A stretch of 64,000 bases of DNA from Robiginitomaculum sp. (lineage in GTDB: Bacteria; Pseudomonadota; Alphaproteobacteria; Caulobacterales; Maricaulaceae). Numbering within the stretch: the stretch's first letter is position 1; each line of letters opens with the position of its first letter. The notes under the pieces were generated by a model. It saw nothing but the letters and a program-made list of their open reading frames with translations, ran no database searches and had not been told where the DNA came from. Of this stretch, positions 52,686 to 63,218 are shown piece after piece. Location: NCBI GenBank assembly GCA_015485155.1, contig WFUF01000002.1:69735-133734 (forward strand), in the 5' to 3' direction. Both the position numbers and the translations under genes were made by a program.

Positions 52686-53909
52686 ATGCGTATAATTGTT
52701 TTGATTGCAGCTTTCTTTGCTGTGATTGCAGGTGTCGGCACCGTAATAATAAACAAGGGCGGCACAAAGAATGTTTCGTTTGTTGAAGCTTCTGAAGCTG
52801 CTGATGTTGTTTCTGAAGAAGTCAGTTCTCCTGCACCTGCTTCTGCCGATGCAGCACTGCGTGCTTTTTATGATCAACAGCAAATAGCTCTGCCCAAAGC
52901 CCCCGCAGGCCCGCCATTACCGGCCTCAAATACGGTTTTGCAGCGTATTGCCTTTGGTTCGTGCCAAACAAGCTGGAAGCCCATCCCTATTTTGGATCAG
53001 GTGGCTGCCGATAATCCCGACCTGTTCATCTATCTGGGTGACAATGTTTATGGGGATGAGCGCGCCGGTAATGCATTATTGCCTAATTTGCGCAAACAAT
53101 ATGCCGATCTTGCCAAACGGCCAGCCTTTGCCCGCTTGCGGCAGCAAACCCCAATGATGAGCATATGGGATGATCACGACTATGCCATGAATGATGCTGG
53201 CGGGGACTTTGCTTTTAAGTATTTTGCTAAAAAAGTTTTTCTTGAGTTCTGGAATGAGCCGAAAGACAGCATACGCCGCAAACGTGAAGGGCTTTATGAC
53301 GCCAAGATTTTTGGCGTTGAGGGCCAAAGAGTACAGATCATTATGCTTGATACTAGGTATTTTCGTTCATCGCCCCTGATCCCTACCGATGAGCGTGGAG
53401 CCAAGGGCAAGGAGCGTTATTTATCGTCTTTTGATCCAAATATGACCATTTTGGGCGAAGAACAATGGCAATGGTTTGAAGAGCAATTACAGCAACCTGC
53501 CGAGATCAGGCTGATTATTACCTCCATTCAGGTGCTGGCTGCCGATCATGGCTGGGAGGCGTGGGATGAATTTGTACCACAGCGGGATAAATTCTTCGCC
53601 ACGGTGAAAAACAGTGGCGCCAAAGGGGTGCTGATTGTTTCTGGTGATCGCCATATGGCGTCTTTTTATCGTAAGGATGATGCCACGGACTATGCTCTTT
53701 ACGAGTTTACTTCTTCGGCTCTGAATATGAGCTTTACCGACAAAATTACCGAATATGACAGCTTGCAACTGGTTGAAGGTGTGGCTGCAAATAATTATGG
53801 CATGATTGATATTGACTGGCCGGGGCGCAAACTTTCCATGCAAATAAAAGGTGAATCTGGCGATATATTGCGCAAGCTGGAGGTGAAGTTTTCGGAAATT
53901 GGCCTGTAG
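52686..53909 (+). CDS. phoD: PhoD-family alkaline phosphatase/phosphodiesterase
   Basis: Metallophosphatase motifs FGSC, IYLGDNVYGD, WDDHDY and SGDRH. N-terminal hydrophobic anchor with no twin-arginine motif. Confidence 0.85.
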   Translation: MRIIVLIAAFFAVIAGVGTVIINKGGTKNVSFVEASEAADVVSEEVSSPAPASADAALRAFYDQQQIALPKAPAGPPLPASNTVLQRIAFGSCQTSWKPIPILDQVAADNPDLFIYLGDNVYGDERAGNALLPNLRKQYADLAKRPAFARLRQQTPMMSIWDDHDYAMNDAGGDFAFKYFAKKVFLEFWNEPKDSIRRKREGLYDAKIFGVEGQRVQIIMLDTRYFRSSPLIPTDERGAKGKERYLSSFDPNMTILGEEQWQWFEEQLQQPAEIRLIITSIQVLAADHGWEAWDEFVPQRDKFFATVKNSGAKGVLIVSGDRHMASFYRKDDATDYALYEFTSSALNMSFTDKITEYDSLQLVEGVAANNYGMIDIDWPGRKLSMQIKGESGDILRKLEVKFSEIGL

Positions 53910-54035
53910 GAAACTACAGGCACCTCACATTTGTTTGATGATTTTTTCAGTTTTGTGAGGGGACATCTGCAAAAAATTTGCTAGGGTAATCCGAAGCGGG
54001 TTATGTGGACCCGGCTAGTTAAAAGGAAACTATTC

Positions 54036-54356
54036 ATGAACGCTCCTGTTAAAATTTCTATTGCCGCAACTACTGGTATTGCGTTTGCGCTTGGCGCTGG
54101 TGTTACTGCTGCCAGTGCGGCTCCTAAAGAAAAATGTTACGGAATTGCGCTGGCTGGTGAAAACGGTTGCGCAAATTTAAGCAAAACTCATTCCTGCCAG
54201 GGAACATCGACGGTTGATTATGCTATTGATGACTGGAAAATGGTTCCAAAAGGCACTTGTGCAACCACTGTGATCACCGATGAAAATGGTGTTGAGCGCA
54301 AAGGCATGAGCAAAAAAGAGGCCAAGGCCGCGATGAAGGCCAATCAGCAACAATAA
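54036..54356 (+). CDS. bufA1: BufA1-type bufferin precursor (DUF2282, Sec signal peptide, 4 Cys)
   Basis: ATG 54036 follows AAAGGAAA. The signal peptide ends ...VTAASA|APKEKC. The core has Cys in EKCYG, GENGCA, HSCQG and PKGTCA contexts. It lies immediately upstream of a DUF692 gene. Confidence 0.85.
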   Translation: MNAPVKISIAATTGIAFALGAGVTAASAAPKEKCYGIALAGENGCANLSKTHSCQGTSTVDYAIDDWKMVPKGTCATTVITDENGVERKGMSKKEAKAAMKANQQQ

Positions 54357-54367
54357 TTTGCTGCACC

Positions 54368-54393
54368 CGGGAGGTTATCTCCTCTCGCTTTTT
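54368..54393 (+). terminator. Intra-operon hairpin plus U-tract between bufA1 and bufB (attenuator or partial terminator)
   Basis: A 7-bp stem CGGGAGG / CCTCTCG (one G-U pair) with a 6-nt loop is followed by CTTTTT. It begins 12 nt after the bufA1 stop. Confidence 0.5.
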
Positions 54394-54418
54394 CGGGTGG
54401 CTTTCCGGGTGTTTCTCC

Positions 54419-55282
54419 ATGTCAAAGCCCACAAAACCAAAGTCCATAAACCTTCCCGCCATTGCCGGCTTGGGGTTGAAGCCTGAGCACTATCACGAAG
54501 CCATGGCTTGTGATACGGATCGGATCTGGTTTGAGGTGCATCCTGAGAATTATATGGTGGATGGCGGGCCGCGTTTGGCGTGGCTTGGGGGTTTTTCGGA
54601 AAAATTTGCGCTGTCATTTCATGGCATCGGCCTGTCGCTTGGCGGTTTGGATCGCCCTGACAGGCAGCATTTATCGCGGCTTAAATCTCTGGTGGATCGG
54701 TTTAACCCGGTTCAGGTCTCAGAACACCTTGCATGGTCGCGTTTAGGTGATGTTTATTTTGCCGATCTGTTGCCACCGCCTGCAACAAAATCCTCCCTGG
54801 ACAGGCTGGTTGATCATATTGATGAAACGCAGGAGTTTTTGAACCGTAAATTGCTAATTGAAAACCCGTCCCTGTATTTGCCGATTCCGGGGTTTGCAGA
54901 ATTACCGCAGCTCTATGTAGAGGCTGCAAGAAGAAGCGGGGCTGAGCTATTGTTTGATCTAAATAATATTGCCGTATGTGCTGCTAATGTTTTATTGCCA
55001 ACTGATCGCTGGCTGGATGTGGTGCCAGCAGAAATGGTCAAGGAAATTCATTTAGCCGGAGCAACAGCGCGCAAAATTTCCGGCGAGACGGTTATGATCG
55101 ACAGCCATGATGCACCAGTAAGTGATCAGGTGTGGCAATTGCTCGAGCAGTTTATTGCTGCGAACGGGGCAAGACCGGTATTGATCGAACGTGATGGTAA
55201 TATACCAGGCTTTTCCGAATTAATGGCCGAACATGAGCGTGCCGCAAGTATTTTATCAGGCGCGGTGGCGGCCAATGGATAA
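54419..55282 (+). CDS. bufB: MNIO (multinuclear non-heme iron oxidative enzyme, DUF692) BufB
   Basis: DUF692 TIM-barrel motifs are present: FEVHPENY, VSEHLAWS, IENPS, EIHLAG, IDSHD and IERDGN. Confidence 0.9.
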   Translation: MSKPTKPKSINLPAIAGLGLKPEHYHEAMACDTDRIWFEVHPENYMVDGGPRLAWLGGFSEKFALSFHGIGLSLGGLDRPDRQHLSRLKSLVDRFNPVQVSEHLAWSRLGDVYFADLLPPPATKSSLDRLVDHIDETQEFLNRKLLIENPSLYLPIPGFAELPQLYVEAARRSGAELLFDLNNIAVCAANVLLPTDRWLDVVPAEMVKEIHLAGATARKISGETVMIDSHDAPVSDQVWQLLEQFIAANGARPVLIERDGNIPGFSELMAEHERAASILSGAVAANG

Positions 55283-56027
55283 GGATACAGAATTTTACGC
55301 TAAAATGGCGCAAGCAATTTTGAGCATGGATGATGAGCCGGTAAAATCATTATTTGGGCCATTTGCCAATCGTATAGATGCCCATCGGGGTAGTTTTATT
55401 ACCGGGGCACAAAATGCCATTGTCAGCGCATATCCGGTTGTAGCCAGACTTGTTGGTGACGAATACATGCGGGCCATGGCGCAGGCATTTGTACGAAAAT
55501 CACCCCCCAAATTGGCAAGCCTTACGCTTTATGGCGATGATTTTCCTGCGTTTTTGCGGGAATTTGCGCCAGTGCAAAAGGATCTGCCATGGCTTTCGGC
55601 GGTGGCGGAGCTGGATCGTGCATGGTTTGCGGCCTATGCTGCTAAGGATGATGAGGTTTTGCGGATTGGCGATGACAGGCATGGTATTGACCTTGCTTTG
55701 CTGGCTCCGGGTCTGGTTGCCTCAGTACAGCTTCTTCGGTTCAAAATTCCGGCATATTCAATCTGGCGCACCAATAAGGTGGATGAGAATGTGCAGGCTG
55801 TGCACATGCAAAAAGGTGCTGAATGGGCGGTGCTGTGGCGACAGGACAATCAGATTTTTCACGCCGGAATAAGTCGTGCCGAATACGTGTTTTTGAACAA
55901 TATTGGAGGCGGGCTTAGTTTTGTACAATCGTTCGCAGAATGTGTTCGCTATGATCAGGACTTTGATTTGCAGCAACAGTTTTTACGCTGGTTGTCAGCG
56001 GGATTATTTATGGAGCTTAAACCATGA
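55275..56027 (+). CDS. bufC: DUF2063-domain MNIO partner protein BufC
   Basis: ATG 55275 overlaps the bufB end by 8 nt. The N-terminal region (YRGS/HRGSF...AL...YPVV..LVGDEYM..A..F) is typical of DUF2063 proteins encoded next to DUF692 genes. Confidence 0.8.
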   Translation: MDKDTEFYAKMAQAILSMDDEPVKSLFGPFANRIDAHRGSFITGAQNAIVSAYPVVARLVGDEYMRAMAQAFVRKSPPKLASLTLYGDDFPAFLREFAPVQKDLPWLSAVAELDRAWFAAYAAKDDEVLRIGDDRHGIDLALLAPGLVASVQLLRFKIPAYSIWRTNKVDENVQAVHMQKGAEWAVLWRQDNQIFHAGISRAEYVFLNNIGGGLSFVQSFAECVRYDQDFDLQQQFLRWLSAGLFMELKP

Positions 56028-56521
56028 TCGCAAATATTGATAAACTGATACGCAAGTTTGAATGTTTTATTGCACCAATGGCTTCGCCGGTGGCTGATCT
56101 GATATTGCGTCTGGCCGTGGCCCATGTGTTTTTACTCTCAGGAATGGCCAAGCTTAAAAACCTGCAAGGTGCAGGTGATTTGTTTCAGTATGAATGGTTT
56201 TCCGATGAAAACTGGTGGATGCAATTGCTGGGCTTTGAGGAAATACCAAGAGTGCTGGCTATGATTTTGGCGGTGCTGTCTGCGGCTGCCGAGTTTGTTT
56301 TGCCCCTATTGCTGATTGTTGGGCTGTTTACCCGTTTTGCTGCCAGTGGCTTGATGGCGGTGGCGCTGGTGATTGTGGTTCTGGTGTATCCGGTGTGGAC
56401 TGAAGACGGGTTGGCGCTTTGGTGGTCAGAGCATTTATGGTGGGTCGGGTCATTACTGGCTTTGATGGCTTTTGGCGGACAAAAATTCTCTGCGGATCAT
56501 TGGCTTAAATCCCGCAAATAG
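56024..56521 (+). CDS. DoxX-family integral membrane protein
   Basis: 165 aa with four hydrophobic helices and a DoxX-like start (DLILRLAVAHVFLLSGMAKL). ATGA overlap with bufC. Confidence 0.83.
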   Translation: MIANIDKLIRKFECFIAPMASPVADLILRLAVAHVFLLSGMAKLKNLQGAGDLFQYEWFSDENWWMQLLGFEEIPRVLAMILAVLSAAAEFVLPLLLIVGLFTRFAASGLMAVALVIVVLVYPVWTEDGLALWWSEHLWWVGSLLALMAFGGQKFSADHWLKSRK

Positions 56522-56530
56522 GTGGGCTCT

Positions 56531-56559
56531 TTCTTACTTGCTCAAAATGAGCATATAAT
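56531..56559 (+). promoter_or_regulatory. Candidate sigma-70 promoter upstream of sucC
   Basis: TTCTTA-N17-TATAAT: a perfect -10 and a weak -35, about 110 nt upstream of the sucC ATG. Confidence 0.3.
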
Positions 56560-56669
56560 TTAACATCTGCCGTTGCTTCTCTTTGCGAACACTCGTACAT
56601 CCCTGTTAATCCTTCCTTATCGCCGGATGGTTGATATTCGGTGTGGTATTACGCGCAAAAGGGGCTTTT

Positions 56670-57833
56670 ATGAATATTCATGAACATCAGGCCAAAGCGG
56701 TCTTGCGAGAATTTGGAGCGCCATTGGTTGATGGTTATCCGGCTTTTTCAGTGGATGAGGCGGTAGAGGTGGCAAAAAAACTGCCCGGGCCGATTCGGGT
56801 GGTAAAAGCGCAAATCCATGCAGGTGGCCGTGGAAAAGGCGGCGGTGTCAAAATTGCCAAATCGCTTGAGGAAGTAAAAACTTACGCCAGTGAAATCCTT
56901 GGCATGCAATTGGTTACCCATCAAACAGGCCCAGAGGGCAAGAAAGTCGGGCGATTATTTATTGAGGCGGGTGCAGATATTGCTGACGAGTTTTATCTTT
57001 CAATGCTGGTGGATCGCGAGTCGAGCCGGGTTGCATTTGTAGTCTCTACAGAAGGGGGCATGGATATTGAGGCTGTGGCGGAGGAAACTCCGGAGAAAAT
57101 TCACACTTTTACCGTTGATCCGGCTACGGGCATTATGCCCCATCACGGGCGGGCGGTTGCGCGCGCGCTTAATCTTTCTGGTGCTGCTGCCAAACAAGCG
57201 GGTAAATTAGCTGGCATTTTGTACAATGCATTTGTGACCAAGGACATGAGCCTGCTGGAGATCAACCCGTTGGTTCTTACCGGGGGCGGTGATCTGGTGT
57301 GTCTGGATGCCAAGGTCAGTTTTGATGGCAATGCTTTATATCGGCACCCGGACATTGAGGCACTTCGCGATGAAAGCGAGGAAGATCCCAAAGAATTGGA
57401 AGCCGGAAAATATGACCTTAGTTATATCTCCTTAGATGGTGAAATTGGCTGCATGGTAAATGGTGCGGGCCTGGCGATGTCGACCATGGATATTATCAAG
57501 CTCTATGGCTCGTCTCCTGCTAATTTTTTGGATGTTGGTGGCGGTGCCACCAAGGAAAAGGTAACGGCAGCCTTCAAAATTATTACTTCTGATTCCAATG
57601 TGAAGGGTATTCTGGTCAATATTTTTGGCGGGATCATGCGCTGTGATGTCATTGCCGAGGGCGTGATCGCGGCGGTTAAGGAAGTGGGGCTAAAGGTTCC
57701 CTTGGTGGTTCGTCTTGAAGGCACCAATGTAAAACGCGGCAAGGAAATTATCGAAAGTTCCGGCCTTGATGTCATATCCGCTGATGATCTGGACGATGCC
57801 GCCAGAAAAATAGTCGCTGCGGTAAAGGGGTAA
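56670..57833 (+). CDS. sucC: Succinate--CoA ligase (ADP-forming) beta subunit
   Basis: [16 protein letters not shown]... ATP-grasp domain plus ligase-CoA domain. Confidence 0.97.
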   Translation: MNIHEHQAKAVLREFGAPLVDGYPAFSVDEAVEVAKKLPGPIRVVKAQIHAGGRGKGGGVKIAKSLEEVKTYASEILGMQLVTHQTGPEGKKVGRLFIEAGADIADEFYLSMLVDRESSRVAFVVSTEGGMDIEAVAEETPEKIHTFTVDPATGIMPHHGRAVARALNLSGAAAKQAGKLAGILYNAFVTKDMSLLEINPLVLTGGGDLVCLDAKVSFDGNALYRHPDIEALRDESEEDPKELEAGKYDLSYISLDGEIGCMVNGAGLAMSTMDIIKLYGSSPANFLDVGGGATKEKVTAAFKIITSDSNVKGILVNIFGGIMRCDVIAEGVIAAVKEVGLKVPLVVRLEGTNVKRGKEIIESSGLDVISADDLDDAARKIVAAVKG

Positions 57834-57836
57834 GCA

Positions 57837-58712
57837 ATGTCTGTACTTGTTGATAAGAACACCAAAATTATTGTGCAAGGTTTGACCGGCAAGAACGGTA
57901 CTTTTCACACTGAACAGGCTTTGGCCTATGGCACCCAGATGGTAGCCGGGGTTACTCCGGGCAAGGGAGGCTCAACACATATTGGTCTGCCGGTGTTTAA
58001 TACCGTGGGCGGAGCCGCAGAAAAAACCGGGGCCACGGTCAGTGTGATTTATGTGCCGCCACCATTTGCAGCCGATGCCATTTGCGAAGCAATTGCTGCA
58101 GAACTGGAGCTGGTTGTCTGTATTACCGAGGGTATTCCGGTGGCTGACATGGTCAAGGTCAAGCGGGCTCTTAGTGGCTCAAATACACGGCTAATTGGCC
58201 CTAATTGCCCCGGAGTTATTACTCCTGGTGAGTGTAAAATCGGCATTATGCCCGGCCATATTCACCAACGGGGATCGGTTGGCGTGGTTTCGCGCTCTGG
58301 TACCCTGACTTACGAGGCAGTGGGGCAGACCACGGCTGTGGGGCTTGGGCAAAGCACCTGTATTGGTATTGGCGGTGATCCGATAAATGGCACTAATTTT
58401 ATTGATTGTTTGGAAATGTTTTTAGGTGATGACGAAACCAAGAGCATTGTCATGATCGGCGAAATTGGTGGTACTGCCGAAGAAGAAGCCGCAGAGTTCT
58501 TGCGTCGTTCAAAAACCAAGAAACCTGTGGTGGGTTTCATCGCCGGACTTACCGCACCTCCCGGTCGAACCATGGGTCATGCTGGTGCCATCGTCTCCGG
58601 TGGCAAAGGCGGAGCCGAGGACAAGATCGAGGCATTAAAATCCGCAGGCATTACGGTTTCACCGTCTCCGGCAGCATTGGGCAGTACGCTGGTTGAGGTT
58701 GTGAAGGGCTGA
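57837..58712 (+). CDS. sucD: Succinate--CoA ligase alpha subunit
   Basis: [15 protein letters not shown], and the phosphohistidine loop MGHAGAI. Confidence 0.97.
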   Translation: MSVLVDKNTKIIVQGLTGKNGTFHTEQALAYGTQMVAGVTPGKGGSTHIGLPVFNTVGGAAEKTGATVSVIYVPPPFAADAICEAIAAELELVVCITEGIPVADMVKVKRALSGSNTRLIGPNCPGVITPGECKIGIMPGHIHQRGSVGVVSRSGTLTYEAVGQTTAVGLGQSTCIGIGGDPINGTNFIDCLEMFLGDDETKSIVMIGEIGGTAEEEAAEFLRRSKTKKPVVGFIAGLTAPPGRTMGHAGAIVSGGKGGAEDKIEALKSAGITVSPSPAALGSTLVEVVKG

Positions 58713-58749
58713 TTGGCAAACAGGCAAAGATCAGGAAAAGGACAGTTTC

Positions 58750-61653
58750 ATGTCTGATGATACATTCCTTAGTGGCACCAACGCACAATATCTGGAACAG
58801 ATGCAGCAGGCGTTTGCCAGGGATCCGGCAAGTGTGCCTGAGGACTGGCGAGCATTTTTTGAAAATGAAGTTGCTCCTGTTCCAAGCTGGAAGCGCACGG
58901 ACTGGCCGCCGCAACCGGGCAATGGTCATATTGGTGAGTTGACCGGCCAGTGGCCTGATGAGCAAAAATTACAGGCTGGAAACAAGGAGCGAATGCCCCA
59001 TGCCTCGGCGGATGAAATAAGAAAAGCCACCAAGGACAGCTTGCGCGCCCTGATGTTAATTCGTTCATACCGGGTGCGCGGACATCTTGAGGCTGATCTT
59101 GATCCGTTGGGACTGGCCGAGGTCAAACAGCACCCCGAGCTTGACCCTAAGACCTGGGGCTTTGGCCCTGAGGATATGGATCATGAGATTTTTATTGATG
59201 GGGTTATGGGGCTGCAAACAGCCAGTATCCGGCAGATTGTCTCTTTCTTGCAAATGACTTATTGCGGCAAATTTGCCATGCAGTTCATGCATATTTCCAA
59301 TCCGGAGCAAAGAACCTGGCTGCAACAACGCATTGAAGGTGACAAGAAGGGTATTCATTTTACCCCCGAAGGGCGCAAGGCCATCTGGAAAAAGCTGATG
59401 GAGGTGGAGAGCTTTGAGCAGTTTTTGCACAAACGCTATCCCGGAACCAAGCGCTTTGGCCTTGATGGTGGAGAATCCCTGATCCCGGCAATGGAGCAGA
59501 TAATCAAGCGCGGTGGAAATCTTGGCGTTGAACAAGTAGTGCTGGGAATGCCGCACCGGGGTCGCTTGAATGTGCTCACAGCTGTTATGGGTAAACCATA
59601 TGCACAAGTGTTCAATGAATTTGCCGGTGGTCATACATGGGGCGAGGATGATTATGCCTCTGGTGATGTAAAATACCATTTGGGGGCCAGTTCAGACCGC
59701 GAGTTTGATGGTAATTCAGTGCATTTGTCGCTAACGGCCAATCCTTCTCATCTTGAGGCGGTAAATCCGGTTGTGCTTGGCAAGGTCAGGGCCAAGCAGG
59801 AGCCCTCGGCCCCTGAAGATGAATATACGGATCGTTCGCATATTTTGCCACTATTGCTACATGGTGATGCAGCTTTTGCCGGGCAGGGAATTGTCGCTGA
59901 ATGTTTTGCCATGTCCGGGCTGGTTGGCCATAGAACCGGGGGTACTGTTCATTTTATTGTCAATAATCAGATCGGGTTTACAACATCGCCGCAGTTTTCC
60001 CGTTCTTCGCCATATCCTACGGATATTGCCCTGGCGGTGCAGCCTCCGATTTTTCACGTTAATGGTGATGACCCTGAAGCCGTGGTTCATGCGGCCAAAG
60101 TGGCTATTGAGTTTCGGCAGAAATTTGCCATTGATGTTGTCATAGACATGTTCTGTTATCGCAGATATGGCCACAATGAGGGCGATGATCCATCATTCAC
60201 ACAGCCAATAATGTATCGCAAAATCAAGCAGCAACCGACAACCTTGCAAATTTATACCGAACGGTTGCTGGCTGAAAATGTGCTTACTCAGGAAGAAATT
60301 GACAAGATGCGCGCCGAATTTGCCGCATTTCTTGAGGCTGAATTTGAGGCGGGAAAACAACAAAAACATAATACTGCCGACTGGCTTGATGGTGCCTGGT
60401 CTGGTCTGGGGCGTGCCGGCAGCGACCGCCGCGGGCGCACAGGTGTATCTGTTGAGCGCCTAAAGCGTCTGGGCCGGGCTATGACCGAATTGCCGGAAGG
60501 GTATGATATTCACCGCACCTTAAAACGGGTTATTGCAGCAAGGCGCAAGGCAATAGAAACTGGCAAAAACCTGGACTGGGCCACAGCAGAACATCTGGCC
60601 TTTGCCAGCCTGCTCGATGAAGGCCACGCAGTTCGTTTGTCCGGGCAAGATTGCGGTCGCGGTACGTTTTCACAACGGCATAGCCGGATTGTGGATCAGC
60701 AGACCGAGAAGCGTTATACATTTTTGAACCATATTTCCGAGGATCAGGCTACTTATGAAGTAATTGATTCCCTGTTGTCCGAAGAAGCTGTACTTGGGTT
60801 TGAATATGGATATTCGCTGGCAGCTCCCAATACGCTTACCCTTTGGGAAGCGCAATTTGGTGATTTTGCTAATGGTGCGCAAATGATTGTGGATCAGTTC
60901 CTTTCCAGTGGGGAGCGAAAATGGCTGCGAATGTCTGGATTGGTGATGTTATTGCCTCATGGCTATGAGGGGCAGGGGCCGGAGCATTCCTCAGCCCGGC
61001 TTGAGCGCTATTTACAGGCCTGTGCACAGGATAATATGCAAGTTGCCAATTGTACGACACCGGCTAATTATTTTCATATTCTGCGTCGGCAAATCCACCG
61101 CAATTTCCGTAAGCCCTTGATATTGATGACACCAAAATCACTTTTGCGTCACAAGCGCTGTGTGTCTGACCTTTCCGAGTTTAACGCCAGATCCAGTTTC
61201 CGTCGGGTTTTGTGGGATGATGCACAAATACCGGAAAGACGTGGAAAAATAACCTTAAAAGCTGATAAGGATATTCGCAGAGTAATAATCTGCACTGGCA
61301 AGGTTTATTATGATTTATTTCAATCACGCGAAGAACGCGGCATTGATGATGTATATTTATTGCGTCTGGAACAGCTTTATCCGGTTCCGGCCAAATCCTT
61401 GCGCACCGAATTATCCCGTTTCAAATCAGCAGAAATTTTCTGGTGTCAGGAAGAACCCAAAAACATGGGGGCATGGTCGTTTATTGAGCCATCTATTGAA
61501 TGGGTACTAAAAATTATCGGAGCCAAATATCAACGGCCCACTTATGTGGGTCGAAAGGCTTCGGCCTCTACCGCTACCGGGGCCATGAAATTCCATCTGG
61601 CTGAACTTAAAAGCTTTTTAGATCGTGCATTTGCAGAAGGATCACAAAAATGA
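58750..61653 (+). CDS. sucA: 2-oxoglutarate dehydrogenase E1 component
   Basis: 967 aa with the typical N-terminus [13 protein letters not shown] and a TPP-binding region ([12 protein letters not shown]). Confidence 0.97.
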   Translation: MSDDTFLSGTNAQYLEQMQQAFARDPASVPEDWRAFFENEVAPVPSWKRTDWPPQPGNGHIGELTGQWPDEQKLQAGNKERMPHASADEIRKATKDSLRALMLIRSYRVRGHLEADLDPLGLAEVKQHPELDPKTWGFGPEDMDHEIFIDGVMGLQTASIRQIVSFLQMTYCGKFAMQFMHISNPEQRTWLQQRIEGDKKGIHFTPEGRKAIWKKLMEVESFEQFLHKRYPGTKRFGLDGGESLIPAMEQIIKRGGNLGVEQVVLGMPHRGRLNVLTAVMGKPYAQVFNEFAGGHTWGEDDYASGDVKYHLGASSDREFDGNSVHLSLTANPSHLEAVNPVVLGKVRAKQEPSAPEDEYTDRSHILPLLLHGDAAFAGQGIVAECFAMSGLVGHRTGGTVHFIVNNQIGFTTSPQFSRSSPYPTDIALAVQPPIFHVNGDDPEAVVHAAKVAIEFRQKFAIDVVIDMFCYRRYGHNEGDDPSFTQPIMYRKIKQQPTTLQIYTERLLAENVLTQEEIDKMRAEFAAFLEAEFEAGKQQKHNTADWLDGAWSGLGRAGSDRRGRTGVSVERLKRLGRAMTELPEGYDIHRTLKRVIAARRKAIETGKNLDWATAEHLAFASLLDEGHAVRLSGQDCGRGTFSQRHSRIVDQQTEKRYTFLNHISEDQATYEVIDSLLSEEAVLGFEYGYSLAAPNTLTLWEAQFGDFANGAQMIVDQFLSSGERKWLRMSGLVMLLPHGYEGQGPEHSSARLERYLQACAQDNMQVANCTTPANYFHILRRQIHRNFRKPLILMTPKSLLRHKRCVSDLSEFNARSSFRRVLWDDAQIPERRGKITLKADKDIRRVIICTGKVYYDLFQSREERGIDDVYLLRLEQLYPVPAKSLRTELSRFKSAEIFWCQEEPKNMGAWSFIEPSIEWVLKIIGAKYQRPTYVGRKASASTATGAMKFHLAELKSFLDRAFAEGSQK

Positions 61654-62816
61654 CTGAAATTGTTGTACCTGTATTGGGCGAATCCGTTACTGAGGCAATT
61701 GTTGCCAATTGGGCTGTTGCCGAGGGAGATGCAGTATCCAAGGATCAAATGCTGGTCGAGCTGGAAACCGACAAGGTCTCAATCGAAGTGGCTGCTCCTT
61801 CGGACGGAGTATTGACAAAAATTGTCGCCGAAGAGGGGGCCGAGGTTGAAATCGGTGCCATACTTGGAACTTTGGAGGCTGGCTCCGGCGCGGTAAAAGC
61901 ACCTGAGGATAGTGAAAAGCCTGTGCCTGCGCCGGCAAAAGAAGAAATCACCCCGGCATCAGAAGTAAAAACCATGCCTTCTGCCGCTAGGATATTAAAG
62001 CAAAGTGGCACCGATGCGCAATCTGTTACCGGCACCGGGAAGGGTGGCCGTATTACCAAGGGTGATGCACTGGAGGCGATAAAATCTCCGGCTCCTGCTA
62101 CTGCGCGTGATACTGGCCCACGACAGGAACGGGTGAAAATGTCCCGCTTGCGCCAGACTATTGCCCGGCGTCTAAAAGAAGCTCAGAACACGGCGGCAAT
62201 CCTCACCACTTTTAACGAGGTGGATATGAGCGCGATCATGGCGGCACGCAAAAAATACCAGGATTTGTTTGTGAAAAAACATGGTATCAAGCTGGGCTTT
62301 ATGTCGTTCTTTGTAAAAGCCTGTGTGCAGGCATTAAAAGACATTCCCGAAGTAAATGCCGAAATTGACGGTGATACCCTGATTTTCAAGAACCATTATG
62401 ACATTGGTGTTGCTGTTGGTACTGATCGCGGCCTGGTAGTGCCGGTTATTTCTGATTGCGATACCATGTCCATGGGTCAGGTTGAACAGGCCATAGCCAA
62501 TATGGGGGCCAGAGCCAGAGACGGAAAACTGACCATGGCCGATATGAGTGGGGCTACCTTTACCATCTCAAATGGCGGGGTGTATGGCTCATTGTTGTCC
62601 ACTCCTATCTTGAATGCGCCGCAAAGTGGAATCCTGGGCATGCACAGCATTCAAAAACGTGCGGTAGTCGTAAATGATGAAATAGTTATTCGTCCAATGA
62701 TGTATATTGCCCTTTCATATGATCACCGGGTAGTTGATGGTAAAGGCGCAGTTACATTTTTGGTGCGGGTCAAAGAGTGTCTGGAAAACCCGGATCGGCT
62801 TTTGTTTGACCTGTAA
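61650..62816 (+). CDS. sucB: Dihydrolipoyllysine-residue succinyltransferase (E2o)
   Basis: Lipoyl domain ([11 protein letters not shown]), E3-binding domain, and catalytic domain with DHRVVDG. ATGA overlap with sucA. Confidence 0.96.
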   Translation: MTEIVVPVLGESVTEAIVANWAVAEGDAVSKDQMLVELETDKVSIEVAAPSDGVLTKIVAEEGAEVEIGAILGTLEAGSGAVKAPEDSEKPVPAPAKEEITPASEVKTMPSAARILKQSGTDAQSVTGTGKGGRITKGDALEAIKSPAPATARDTGPRQERVKMSRLRQTIARRLKEAQNTAAILTTFNEVDMSAIMAARKKYQDLFVKKHGIKLGFMSFFVKACVQALKDIPEVNAEIDGDTLIFKNHYDIGVAVGTDRGLVVPVISDCDTMSMGQVEQAIANMGARARDGKLTMADMSGATFTISNGGVYGSLLSTPILNAPQSGILGMHSIQKRAVVVNDEIVIRPMMYIALSYDHRVVDGKGAVTFLVRVKECLENPDRLLFDL

Positions 62817-62820
62817 TCAT
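62810..62820. repeat. Direct repeat copy 1, CCTGTAATCAT (contains the sucB stop codon)
   Basis: An identical 11-mer recurs at 63180-63190. Together they bracket a 359-bp ORF-poor segment. Confidence 0.5.
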
Positions 62821-62902
62821 CAAAGCAATAGCCATAATTCATAGTACTTGCTCTTGTTCTGACAATTTTGGTCAAGGATATGTAGCTGGACGTAAGGTTT
62901 GA

Positions 62903-63063
62903 ACGTAAGTCCGAAACGCTTTCTACGCTTGTTGCAAGGGGTTTTGGGCAATTGAACCATGTGAACGCAAGGCCAAACCCAGACCAGCCGAGGAATTTGC
63001 GCTAAGAGCGGTTGATAAATTTTCGCCGCTCTCCTCGCTCCACTTGCAGGGACGGACTTACGT
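62903..63063. repeat. Long-range perfect 11-bp inverted repeat ACGTAAGTCCG ... CGGACTTACGT enclosing an inner hairpin
   Basis: The arms are at 62903-62913 and 63053-63063. The inner 7-bp hairpin is AGAGCGG (63005-63011) / CCGCTCT (63026-63032). An extra ACGTAAG copy lies at 62890-62896. Confidence 0.55.
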
Positions 63064-63092
63064 CGCGCAGGACGCAAGTGACGGTTGGGGTG

Positions 63093-63139
63093 AGGGTCAG
63101 TGACGAGAGGGTCACTCTTAAGGGTCACTATTAGGGTCA
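63093..63139 (+). repeat. Array of four direct AGGGTCA heptamers (iteron or arm-site-like)
   Basis: Copies at 63093, 63108, 63121 and 63133, spaced 12-15 bp apart. Confidence 0.6.
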
Positions 63140-63179
63140 ACGTGATTTTTCGCTGTCCCTTGAGTGATACTTGATATCC

Positions 63180-63190
63180 CCTGTAATCAT
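63180..63190. repeat. Direct repeat copy 2, CCTGTAATCAT
   Basis: Identical to 62810-62820. It lies between the AGGGTCA array and the inverted TGACCCT copies. Confidence 0.5.
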
Positions 63191-63218
63191 ACCAAAACAG
63201 CACTTGTTGGTAATAAAC

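Noticed and set aside
63118-63135. TTAA-N7-TATT as a CtrA box within the heptamer array
   Set aside because: The second half-site does not match TTAA(C). The resemblance is a by-product of the AGGGTCA repeats.
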